DNA of 64,000 nucleotides from Escherichia coli (GTDB lineage Bacteria; Pseudomonadota; Gammaproteobacteria; Enterobacterales; Enterobacteriaceae): NCBI RefSeq assembly GCF_003334815.1, contig NZ_QOWO01000014.1; one strand, 5' to 3'. Shown piece by piece: positions 55,530 to 63,842 of this stretch (position 1 is its first letter; each line of letters starts with the position of its first letter). The notes under the pieces were generated by a model. It saw only the letters and a program-made list of their open reading frames with translations, ran no database searches and was not told where the DNA came from. The position numbers and the translations under genes were made by a program.

Positions 55530-56711
55530 TTATTCCTGAAATGTCCACTTGCTACCTTGAGACTTCTCGAATCGGTTATCTCCGTAGCTAAATGAACTAT
55601 TATTTGTGTCCTGATTTTTCAAATTCACATTAAATCTTACATATTGTTTACCCCATTGTTTATAATATTCGTCAACATAGTTATTAATTTTATTTAATTC
55701 ACTGTCACTTAACGTACCAATGATATTGAAATACACATTGTTAGCTGTTTTATATTTTTCATAAGAAAGACCTATCGCTGACAACGTTTCAATAGCCTGA
55801 CTTTCCAATACATTATCATCTAATACCGCAATACTTATATTGCTGGCATATGGCATAGTTTGCAGTAATCCTTTAATAAGATTATCGATTAGTTGCTGTG
55901 TGATAGCGTTCCGTTGCTTACTCACTGTCAATCTTAGATTACTGGCATCTAATAGTTGAAGTTTAAAATATTGTAAATCAGGGAAATTATCAGCAAGCCA
56001 TGAAAAAATTCGTATCGATTCATCATCAGGATTTATCACCCGTACTGGCTTTCCTGGTTGATTTTTTTCCAGTGCTTGTTTGACCCAGACTGCTTCATCC
56101 AAAATATTGGTATTAATATAGATAACATGATCTCTACCATATAAAATTTCATAATTCCTGTTTTTGTTTACAAGAATTTTATCGATATGTCTCAGCTGCG
56201 GATCATTACTGGCATTAACAATATAAAAAGCAATGAAAATGATAGCAAAAAGAAAAAAAAGCATTACATACTTAAACAGCTTACTGCTAAAGAAATGTTG
56301 TTTTGTAGAAATAATGTTATTTTCAATAATGCCTGGCAATGAATACTGCCAAACTTCATTTTTTTCTTTTACAGCAAATTTGAGACCTAAAACTTCTATT
56401 TGCTGATTCAATGTTAACGTTCTATCTTCAGGTTCTTGTGCTGTTAATTCTCTGAATGTTACTACCAGATCAGGGTCGGTAGTAATTATTATCTCAAAAC
56501 TACCTGTAAGCTCGCCATAAGGAACGACTATTGTGTTTTCTGGTAACTCAGAAAAAGCATCACTTCTTCCTAACGAAACATCATTACCAATGATAACAAG
56601 TAGACGCCCATTAAGTATTTCATACTCGCATCCATTCAATGGTCCGCTCAACAAACGAATGGCATAAGATTCCAATAAGTCTTGTGATAAGAATTTATCA
56701 TTATTTTCCAT
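55530..56711 (-). CDS. eprH: T3SS inner-membrane ring protein EprH (PrgH/SctD, about 393 aa)
   Basis: ORF 55530..56720 begins with GTG; the first ATG is at 56711. FHA-like N-terminus (IRLLSGPLNGCEYEILNGRLLVIIG), a central TM and a periplasmic ring-building domain. Confidence 0.88.
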   Translation of the reverse strand: MENNDKFLSQDLLESYAIRLLSGPLNGCEYEILNGRLLVIIGNDVSLGRSDAFSELPENTIVVPYGELTGSFEIIITTDPDLVVTFRELTAQEPEDRTLTLNQQIEVLGLKFAVKEKNEVWQYSLPGIIENNIISTKQHFFSSKLFKYVMLFFLFAIIFIAFYIVNASNDPQLRHIDKILVNKNRNYEILYGRDHVIYINTNILDEAVWVKQALEKNQPGKPVRVINPDDESIRIFSWLADNFPDLQYFKLQLLDASNLRLTVSKQRNAITQQLIDNLIKGLLQTMPYASNISIAVLDDNVLESQAIETLSAIGLSYEKYKTANNVYFNIIGTLSDSELNKINNYVDEYYKQWGKQYVRFNVNLKNQDTNNSSFSYGDNRFEKSQGSKWTFQE

Positions 56712-56967
56712 GAATAGCACCCGCTAATTCCATAAGCTCTAGTTTAGAGTAGTGTAACAAGACGGAAATTTCATGACCAAAATATGATGACACAGAATAA
56801 AAAATTATAATTTCGAGGACTATTTTAAATGCCTCTATGCATAACTTTATTTACAATTTAAGGTATAAACCCTATTCCCCCAATGTTAAGCAAATATAAC
56901 AATTACTCTTATTTTAACTTTTACACGTAATATTTACCCTAAATGATTTTAGAGTACAGGTTGGCAT

Positions 56968-57468
56968 ATGCAAGTCTTTTCCAGTGATGTCTACTTCACT
57001 GTAGTCACTAATGCATTATTAGCATCCCAAAAAGAATATTACAGCGATTTAGTTGCGTTGGTTGATCTTGGGCATTCATTCGTTGTTATTGATGAGCATC
57101 AACATCGAAATCTCAAACCAAATACAGAACCTGTAAACATCCTTTTAAGCAACAATTTCATCAGGATCAATAAGAATATTAGATTATCTGATTTAACGCA
57201 TTTCCTGATTTCGAATCTTCATACACAAAATGTGTATTCCACACAAGAAGCACTTACCCATGATGATATAGATATCCTGCGGTTATGTGTTTCTTACTCG
57301 TTAAAACAAGTAGCCATTATTAAAGGAATTGATTATAAAACAGTATCATATCACAAAATAAGAGCCCTAAATAAACTTAACATAAAAGGTACTGTTGAGT
57401 TGTTTATAGCACTCTGTGAATGGGATAAACATTATTTTAAACTCCAATCTTGCGTAAGAGAAAGTTGA
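56968..57468 (+). CDS. etrA: LuxR-type HTH regulator EtrA (166 aa)
   Basis: Divergent from eprH. C-terminal HTH LTHDDIDILRLCVSYSLKQVAIIKGIDYKTVSYHKIRALNKLNI. Confidence 0.8.
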   Translation: MQVFSSDVYFTVVTNALLASQKEYYSDLVALVDLGHSFVVIDEHQHRNLKPNTEPVNILLSNNFIRINKNIRLSDLTHFLISNLHTQNVYSTQEALTHDDIDILRLCVSYSLKQVAIIKGIDYKTVSYHKIRALNKLNIKGTVELFIALCEWDKHYFKLQSCVRES

Positions 57469-57469
57469 T

Positions 57470-57763
57470 ATGTCATTAGTAGGATATAATAGTAAAATCA
57501 TAATAACCATCGCGCTGATATCGTTGCTCTCTGCATGCACCAGAGAAAATTCATTAAAGGAGAATCAAAATAAAAGAAGTGGCGAATCCCAAGCGATAGT
57601 AGATGCAAGACAGTTCTTTAGCGAACACCCGGAATATATATCTACAGCAGAACTGGAGCAAAAGCTATATCGCGAATTTGCACAGGTTACTACAGTTCCA
57701 GCTTATAAAGAGATGAGTATGTATCAATTGCTTGTCATTTCACAAGATCATTTAACTCATTAA
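57470..57763 (+). CDS. Small predicted lipoprotein (97 aa), translationally coupled to etrA
   Basis: Its ATG lies 1 nt after the etrA TGA. Signal and lipobox MSLVGYNSKIIITIALISLLSAC with Thr at +2. Mature part is about 74 aa and hydrophilic. Confidence 0.7.
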   Translation: MSLVGYNSKIIITIALISLLSACTRENSLKENQNKRSGESQAIVDARQFFSEHPEYISTAELEQKLYREFAQVTTVPAYKEMSMYQLLVISQDHLTH

Positions 57764-57768
57764 ATAAT

Positions 57769-57797
57769 GAATCTACACGGTTTTTGCGTGTAGATTC
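57769..57797. terminator. Hairpin between the convergent lipoprotein gene and epaS
   Basis: GAATCTACACG-GTTTTTG-CGTGTAGATTC, a perfect 11-bp stem flanked by AT-rich sequence. Confidence 0.6.
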
Positions 57798-57824
57798 TTA
57801 TAAATTTCTGACTACGACAGATGT

Positions 57825-58945
57825 TTAATTTTTTAAATTATCGTCTTTATTCTCGATTTCTTTCTCTTCACCTTCAATGAATTTATCTTCTGAAGAGAGC
57901 TGTTCATCTGGAACAGGTTGTCCAGCATTCTCCACATCTTCAAGCCACAGCAGAAGACGTAATATTTCATCTATATTTTCGAAGCTAACATAATCGTAGC
58001 GACGATGGGTAGCATAAATTTTTCGTGCTAATTTTTTATCTGTGATAATTGGTATTCCGATTTCCTTTGCATATTTCCTTACGGCTAAGGCTACCTCATT
58101 AGTTTCTCTTACAGAAATCAATGGAATAGGTGAAAGATGTGGCTTAAAGTATATCCCTATTGCAATGTGAGTAGGGTTGGCAATCATCAAACGACTATTA
58201 CTGACATCAGACTTCAATTGCTCAGAAAGAATTTCCTGATGCGCTCTCTGCGTTTAGACTTAATTTCTGGATTTCCTTCTTGCTCCTTGTATTCTCTTTT
58301 AACTTCTTGTTTATCCATTTTCATATCTTTCATAAATAAAAAATATTCAGCGATAAAATCAAAAATTAAGACAATTATCATACTGCCGAGACAATACAGT
58401 ATGAGAAGGAATAGCATCTCTCCCCAATCTGATAATAAAGATATGATATCTCCATCAAGAGTTTTAAAAAGCAGTGATTTATGATTACTCCAAAATACTT
58501 TGATCGCCAATGCAAAAAAAATAATATAAAGAATTGCTTTAACAGATTCTTTTACGGTTTTTAAGCCAAATATACGCTTTAAGCCATTTACTGGATTCAA
58601 TGAATCAAGCTTAAATTTAACAGCTTCAGTTGCTAATTGCTTTTTACTTTGAAACCAGGAGACAAGTATTGTTGTGAACATGCAAACCAGCAAAAAAGGA
58701 ATGTTCGTTTTCAACCAACCAACCCCCATAGCTTTAAAATAGTCCCAAATATCTGGTTTAGCGTTATGATCAAGGATGTATTCAAGAATCGACATAATGT
58801 GATGCACATCAAAAACATATCCGAGATATAAAGTACCCACAAGCATTATTACAGAGATGGTTAAGTCTCTACTTTTTAGAATTTGCCCTTTTTTAGAAGC
58901 ATCCTGGAGTTTCTTTTGTGTTGGCTTTTCAGTTTTATTGGCCAT
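57825..58945 (-). pseudogene. epaS: T3SS export-apparatus switch protein EpaS (SpaS/SctU), split by a frameshift
   Basis: The N-terminal ORF 58214..58945 ends ...EGNPEIKSKRRERIRKFFLSN-stop. The C-terminal part, with the NPTH autocleavage site (SNSRLMIANPTHIAIG), lies in another frame (57825..58217, TTG only). The frames switch at CAGAGAGCG (58241-58250). Confidence 0.88.
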
Positions 58946-58953
58946 GAAACACT

Positions 58954-59721
58954 CTATTTCTCAATGTATAGTTGCAATTGTTCTGGGAAAAAGGATAACG
59001 GCATTACTCGTTCAGCCAGTATTGGGCCAAAATAAATAATTAATATTAAAAATGCCAGCGCACTTTTGACAGTCAGTGAAATGGCAAAAGCATTTAGTTG
59101 TGAAGCATAACGTGCCAGCAATCCCAGGACAGCCTCACCGCCCAGCATAACGGCAATCACGGGGCTTGCGTAAACGATAGTATGAGTCATTATGTTATTA
59201 ATATATGAGAATAAAGGCTCTAATTTAGGAAAATTAAAATTGCCTGAAGGCCATAAATTATAACTTTGCCAAAGAGTTTCCAGAATAAAGTTCATTCCAC
59301 CTTTAGTAAGATAAACCGCAGCAGAGAAAAGGTTAAATAATCTTGCTAATTCCGAGGTATCGACACCTGTAGCCGGATCCAAAGTACTACTTAATGTTGC
59401 ACCGCGTTGGTTATCGATAAAGCTACCTATAGCAAGGAAAATCCAAAACGGGGATGCTAATAAGCATGCAATAAACAGCCCTATGATAATTTCTCTGGCA
59501 GCGAACAAAGCAATATCGATTTCATTTAAGTTCAATAATTCATAGTGGTAATGCTGAACTAATGCACATGATACCACTATTATTATTGGATGACGGACTA
59601 CTGTTGGTATATTCCCACTGGCGAAAAATGGTAACAAATAGAAAGTGGGTGCCAATCGGCAAAAACAGAGCGCTGTAGCAGCCAGCAGACTATGCAACTG
59701 ATAGAGTATCGCCTCACCCAT
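58954..59721 (-). CDS. epaR: T3SS export-apparatus protein EpaR (SpaR/SctT, 255 aa)
   Basis: Conserved IDNQRGATLSS and NAFAISLTVKS motifs. Multi-TM. Confidence 0.92.
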   Translation of the reverse strand: MGEAILYQLHSLLAATALCFCRLAPTFYLLPFFASGNIPTVVRHPIIIVVSCALVQHYHYELLNLNEIDIALFAAREIIIGLFIACLLASPFWIFLAIGSFIDNQRGATLSSTLDPATGVDTSELARLFNLFSAAVYLTKGGMNFILETLWQSYNLWPSGNFNFPKLEPLFSYINNIMTHTIVYASPVIAVMLGGEAVLGLLARYASQLNAFAISLTVKSALAFLILIIYFGPILAERVMPLSFFPEQLQLYIEK

Positions 59722-59722
59722 G

Positions 59723-59983
59723 CTATCCTCTCGCGAATGCTAAATTCAGCATTTCAATACCAAAAGAATATAATTTTTCGCCATACCATCCGCTCATTAA
59801 AAAAAAGCAAATACTTACGCATAATAATTTCACGCCAAATGGCAACGTCTGTTCTTGCAACTGTGTTACCGTTTGAAAAAGCCCTACTAATAAACCAACA
59901 AATGTCGCAACTGCGATAGGTCCTGCAGACATAACTAAAATCAGATACAGCGCCCTATTCCCTGCAAAAACAATATCGTCCAT
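59723..59983 (-). CDS. epaQ: T3SS export-apparatus protein EpaQ (SpaQ/SctS, 86 aa)
   Basis: [17 protein letters not shown]...[20 protein letters not shown], near-identical motif set to SpaQ. Confidence 0.93.
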   Translation of the reverse strand: MDDIVFAGNRALYLILVMSAGPIAVATFVGLLVGLFQTVTQLQEQTLPFGVKLLCVSICFFLMSGWYGEKLYSFGIEMLNLAFARG

Positions 59984-59992
59984 ATTTTTTCC

Positions 59993-60658
59993 TCAGGGAT
60001 TAATGGATAGGTCAAAATATTGTAAAATGAGTCCTTTTGATAACATTGTCCAACCGTCCATCGCGACAAACAAAATTAATTTTATCGGTGTAGATATGGT
60101 TACCGGACTCATCATCATCATACCTAACGTTAACAGAACGCTGGATATAACCAGATCCACTACAACAAAGGGTAAATAGATATAAAAACCTATAATAAAT
60201 GCACTTTTTATCTCACTCAACGCATATGCCGGGAGTAACGAGAAAATTGAAATATTATCATCATCGAATATCTCTTCATTGTCTTCAGAGCTATTCACCT
60301 TCTGAATCTTTTCAAAAAAGTTAACCAACTCCGGTTCGGAATATTTTATCAAATATGATTTATAACCACTCATGCCTGTCTCAACAAAATTAACAACCGA
60401 CGCTACATTATTGAATGAAAGATTCTCATTCTGACTGTTATAATATATTTCCTTCCCAACCGGCATCATTACAAACATTGACAATAGCAAAGCAACCCCA
60501 TTAAGTGTCATATTTGATGGCACTTGCTGAAGCCCCAGCGCGTTTCGGACAATAACAAAAACAATCGAGAATTTAATAAAATATGTCCCGGATGCTATTA
60601 TAAACGGCAATAGTGTAAATAATGATAGTATAGCTATCAGCGAAATGCTATTTGACAT
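59993..60658 (-). CDS. epaP: T3SS export-apparatus protein EpaP (SpaP/SctR, 221 aa)
   Basis: FIKFSIVFVIVRNALGLQQVPSNMTLNGVALLLSMFVM and GMMMMSPVTISTPIKL motifs. Confidence 0.93.
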   Translation of the reverse strand: MSNSISLIAILSLFTLLPFIIASGTYFIKFSIVFVIVRNALGLQQVPSNMTLNGVALLLSMFVMMPVGKEIYYNSQNENLSFNNVASVVNFVETGMSGYKSYLIKYSEPELVNFFEKIQKVNSSEDNEEIFDDDNISIFSLLPAYALSEIKSAFIIGFYIYLPFVVVDLVISSVLLTLGMMMMSPVTISTPIKLILFVAMDGWTMLSKGLILQYFDLSINP

Positions 60659-61595
60659 TATTATGCCCTGATAACCAAGAATGAATCTCTACGCCCAATT
60701 TATCATCCACTTCAACAAGTTCGCCATAGCCAGTTAGCGCGCCATTTACACGTATTTCTATATTTTTCTCAGATTCAGAAAGCAGAGATATTATTCTTTT
60801 TGCACAGAGTTCGTCTATTTCATATAGATTCATTATTTTCTTACCAAGAACAAACTCAATTTTTACAGGCAAGTCTTCAAAACTATTAATCATCTGATCG
60901 TCATTTTCATCATAAATCTCACTCTCGTTTTTTTTGATATCAAAATCATCTGTTTCAAAATCTTCCTCGTACTCAAAATGATCAGCCATTTTTAACTCCT
61001 CTGGATAAATTAAATCACAAATTTTTGTATTATAAATAACCGCATAAGCCAAATTATTTGAGATTAATAAAACATCACCAACTTCAATATCAACAAGACT
61101 TCTGTAACATGTTTTACTAAATCCAATTACAAAATGAATGGAGCAATATAACGATTTTTTGTCTAACGCTGGAGCGTTTCCGTATTGGCAGACTGTGACT
61201 TTATCTAACCAAAGATTCAATTCCCCTGTCCATATTCTTATTAGTGGTTGAGCAGGGCTCAATACTCCATCAAATACTTTACCTACGCGCAAACGATTAT
61301 ATTTTAGTTCAGGATGCTTTAGATTTAACGGGGAACTGGATAAACTGAGGCATTCCCCTATTAACCTTTCCGTTTCTGGCATTAAAGCCATCCCAGCGAG
61401 CTCAGATGAAATTAAGGGAAATATTTCTCCAAGCAATACCCATCCAGACCAGCTGCCACTCTCTTCTGCTATCGGTAGCCATTTAGCACTAAATTCGGGC
61501 ATTAATAATGCAACATCTTCGCCATTTTCTTTCCAATTTTGAAAAGTGGTTTCAAACGTATGAGTGTTTCGATTTACTTTCCTCAGACCGAACAT
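60648..61595 (-). CDS. epaO: T3SS cytoplasmic-ring / sorting-platform protein EpaO (SpaO/SctQ, 315 aa)
   Basis: C-terminal SpoA (FliN-like) domain (VKIEFVLGKKIMNLYEIDELCAKRIISL...IEIRVNGALTGYGELVEVDDKLGVEI). Its stop overlaps the epaP start. Confidence 0.9.
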   Translation of the reverse strand: MFGLRKVNRNTHTFETTFQNWKENGEDVALLMPEFSAKWLPIAEESGSWSGWVLLGEIFPLISSELAGMALMPETERLIGECLSLSSSPLNLKHPELKYNRLRVGKVFDGVLSPAQPLIRIWTGELNLWLDKVTVCQYGNAPALDKKSLYCSIHFVIGFSKTCYRSLVDIEVGDVLLISNNLAYAVIYNTKICDLIYPEELKMADHFEYEEDFETDDFDIKKNESEIYDENDDQMINSFEDLPVKIEFVLGKKIMNLYEIDELCAKRIISLLSESEKNIEIRVNGALTGYGELVEVDDKLGVEIHSWLSGHNNVK

Positions 61596-61714
61596 TAACT
61601 TTCATCCTTCTGATCGTTTTCGAATTTGCTTTCATTTTCTTGCTCCTCATAAGGCTGATGTCGTTGTCCTTGTCGTTCATCTTGCTCAGTCAATACCCAA
61701 CGTTGTGCTGTAAC
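61595..61714 (-). pseudogene. eivJ: 39-codon 3' remnant of the gene upstream of epaO (position of eivJ / InvJ-SctP homolog)
   Basis: The frame is open only from 61714: VTAQRWVLTEQDERQGQRHQPYEEQENESKFENDQKDES-stop. Its TAA overlaps the epaO ATG (TAATG). There is no start codon, and a stop at 61717-61715 bounds it upstream. Confidence 0.55.
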
Positions 61715-61726
61715 TCATTATGAAAA

Positions 61727-63337
61727 CTATTTAATTCCCTCATCATTGATAAGGTTGGACATCTCTTTCAACATGAGAGTCATTGAAGCTTTCGACCAAT
61801 TTAGCGGAATGATAGGGCTTGGCGCTTCATGCAAAGTTCCCGACTTGTGGATATAGTTATAGCTTTCGGGAAGTGCCATTTCTGGTACGCTCCTGCCATT
61901 TGCACCAATCATATTCTCGCCTGTTATTTGGGCCAATGATCTATTCATAAATTGTACTGAGTCATTCAAATACTCTTCTTTTCTTGATTCTTTATAAACA
62001 ATTGCTGCTGATTTTGCATACCATGAGTCAAAAAACCATTCTGCTTCTGTTGATGGAATGAAGCTCTTTTCTCTTTTTGCATGCGAATTTTGATCGGTAT
62101 CGGTTTTAATATCATTGAACCAAAAATTTGCCGACTGATAATTATCCTTCTCGTATCTTTTTATACCATACGGACCTGCTAGTTTTTTAACTATTTTTAG
62201 AACTTGCTCTTTTCTTCTGGTGTTTATCTTTGAAAGATTTGTAGGATAAATAACATTAAGTAAAGCCGCATCGGCTTCTCTGTAATGTTTATCTTTTTCC
62301 AGATAACCTGGGGATTCTCCCCCTAAATCAAGCTGTAACGTTATTCTTTCATAACCTTTATCTATGAGGTGGTTCAACCTCGTTGTTGAAAGAGTTTCAT
62401 CCAGTTCATTGACTTTAGCTTCGCGTAGTAAATCAGAGACAAAAACAGAGTCTTTCTTCGAGAGTAGGTTTGACAAACGTTCCAGTCCAGAGGTCACCAG
62501 TGCAACGGAAGATGTGTTTAATCGGGCATCTTCTTCCCATGCTCAGGAATCTTCCATAACATAGAAATTGGCTTTATCCAGATAAGCAATCAGCAGCGCA
62601 ACCGACTTTAATCGGTCACCTTTTTGCCAATCTTCAGCGTTAATAGTACCAGTGTTGATTGCTTGTATAAGGAGATCAAGGTAAAGACCTAAAGCATCAT
62701 TTTGTTTATGGTTCCACAGCTGCGGCTTGCCTTCTTCCTGCACATCTGCCATCACGGGGGAGTTGCTGTCAAATCGGATATGCACAGCATTCATTTGCAC
62801 GGGAATTCCATCCAGTCGTTTTGGGTTGCTAATGACGTCCTGCATCCGCTTAATCTGGTCGGGCGTAGACATATAATCCCACAGGGTGAGCAGAACCTTT
62901 TTTGCGGCTACACTATTTCCCTGATCTGATACTAATGCCATATAGCCCCATAAACTATCCCTCAACCAGACAGCATCATAGTGGGTTTCTGCCGCTGTTT
63001 TGTCATCTTCGAAAGTAGAAGCAAGAATAAACGTTCCCCAGGGTTTCTCCGTCAACGTTAACTTTCGTGTGTTTTCTGTTAATGTTAGCAATCCTTGAAT
63101 TTCGTCTTTGGTATAGTGGCTCTTTATTTCATTTTGTAATTTGGCTGAGTGAATCAGAAGACGATAATTAGGATACTTATCTGGATTTAACGATAAATAA
63201 CTTTTATCTGTTGCTGCCCCCGTGGAATTAAGAATGTTAAATACAGATTCACTCGTCACTTCTGCCCCTGTCGCCTGGCATGTGCCGCACGAAAATATAC
63301 CAGCGAGCAGAAGAGTTAATGCAGATTTCCCTTTCAT
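61727..63337 (-). pseudogene. ygeQ: Exported glycoside-hydrolase family 15-like (glucoamylase / phosphorylase-kinase-like) protein, ygeQ-like, with one in-frame TGA at codon 265
   Basis: ORFs 62543..63379 and 61727..62497 are in the same frame and are separated only by TGA (62545-62543). The read-through sequence is ...NFYVMEDS-stop-AWEEDARLNTSSVALVTSGLERL. GH15-type motifs WLRDS, WNHKQNDALG and WEE. N-terminal signal MKGKSALTLLLAGIFSCGTCQA. Confidence 0.75.
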
Positions 63338-63492
63338 AAAATATTCCATCAATCGTTTGTTAAAAGCGTAGATAACCACTTATTTAACAACTTGAAAATA
63401 AGGTGTTTTACCTGGGTTGTTACAAAAGGATTGCATTGCGTAAACGCTTTTTATTTACAACAAAATGGGGAAGTATTACGGCGAAGATAAAT

Positions 63493-63515
63493 TGGAGCGG
63501 GCGAAGGGAATCGAA
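63493..63515 (-). repeat. 23-nt copy of the 3' end of tRNA-Gly(CCC) glyU (att-type scar)
   Basis: TGGAGCGGGCGAAGGGAATCGAA is the reverse complement of ...TTCGATTCCCTTCGCCCGCTCCA. The match stops inside the T-arm, and no remainder of the tRNA follows. Confidence 0.75.
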
Positions 63516-63741
63516 GTATCGAAGACAATCACTCACTAACCAATTGTTTCTTAAAGGATGATGAATCCTTTTGGTTACAGTTATGGTTACACATTAATTT
63601 ATCTCTGGTCAAGTCCTCTCGTGACTCTGGAACGAGTACAGGACCATACAGTTAGCTTCTGGGGTAATGCCTTGAGGAGACCTATAGGTTTGGTGATTGA
63701 TTGTTATAAATATCATCACCTCTTAAGGTATTCCCTTAGAG

Positions 63742-63828
63742 TTAATCTTTAATTGTGTCTTTAAGTAAACTATAAGTTAATACTATAATTTAATCTTTAA
63801 TTGTGTCTTTAATTAAACTATAAGTTAA
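63742..63828 (+). repeat. Two 39-bp direct repeats (1 mismatch) separated by 9 bp
   Basis: TTAATCTTTAATTGTGTCTTTAAGTAAACTATAAGTTAA (63742-63780) and TTAATCTTTAATTGTGTCTTTAATTAAACTATAAGTTAA (63790-63828). Confidence 0.9.
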
Positions 63829-63842
63829 CTTTAAGTTAAGCC

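Larger units (their letters stand above)
44767..63515. other. ETT2-type genomic island (degenerate SPI-1-like type III secretion system 2)
   Basis: Abrupt switch to AT-rich sequence after the yqeG terminator. Contains SctD/F/I/J/K/L/Q/R/S/T/U homologs plus HilA-, IagB- and SicA-like genes. Bounded on the right by a 23-nt glyU 3'-end copy. Confidence 0.9.

Noticed and set aside
62497-62545. Possibility that the in-frame TGA in the GH15-like gene encodes selenocysteine.
   Set aside because: A stem-loop does follow the TGA. However, its loop (CCCGATTAAACA) and stem lack the features I recall for the E. coli SECIS apical loop and bulged U. GH15 enzymes are not known selenoproteins, and the position is not a redox-type residue. 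I treat it as a nonsense mutation unless orthologs say otherwise.
63516-63741. ORF 63558..63752 (64 aa, +) between the glyU scar and the repeats, as a possible element-encoded gene (for example an excisionase).
   Set aside because: It has no SD, aromatic- and Leu-rich composition without an HTH-like segment, and lies in a region better explained as an att-arm. Too weak to call.
63742-63828. Could the 39-bp repeats be a CRISPR array?
   Set aside because: There are only two copies and the spacer is 9 bp. The repeats are extremely AT-rich, with no palindromic core and no cas genes nearby. No other CRISPR-like periodicity was seen anywhere in the window.
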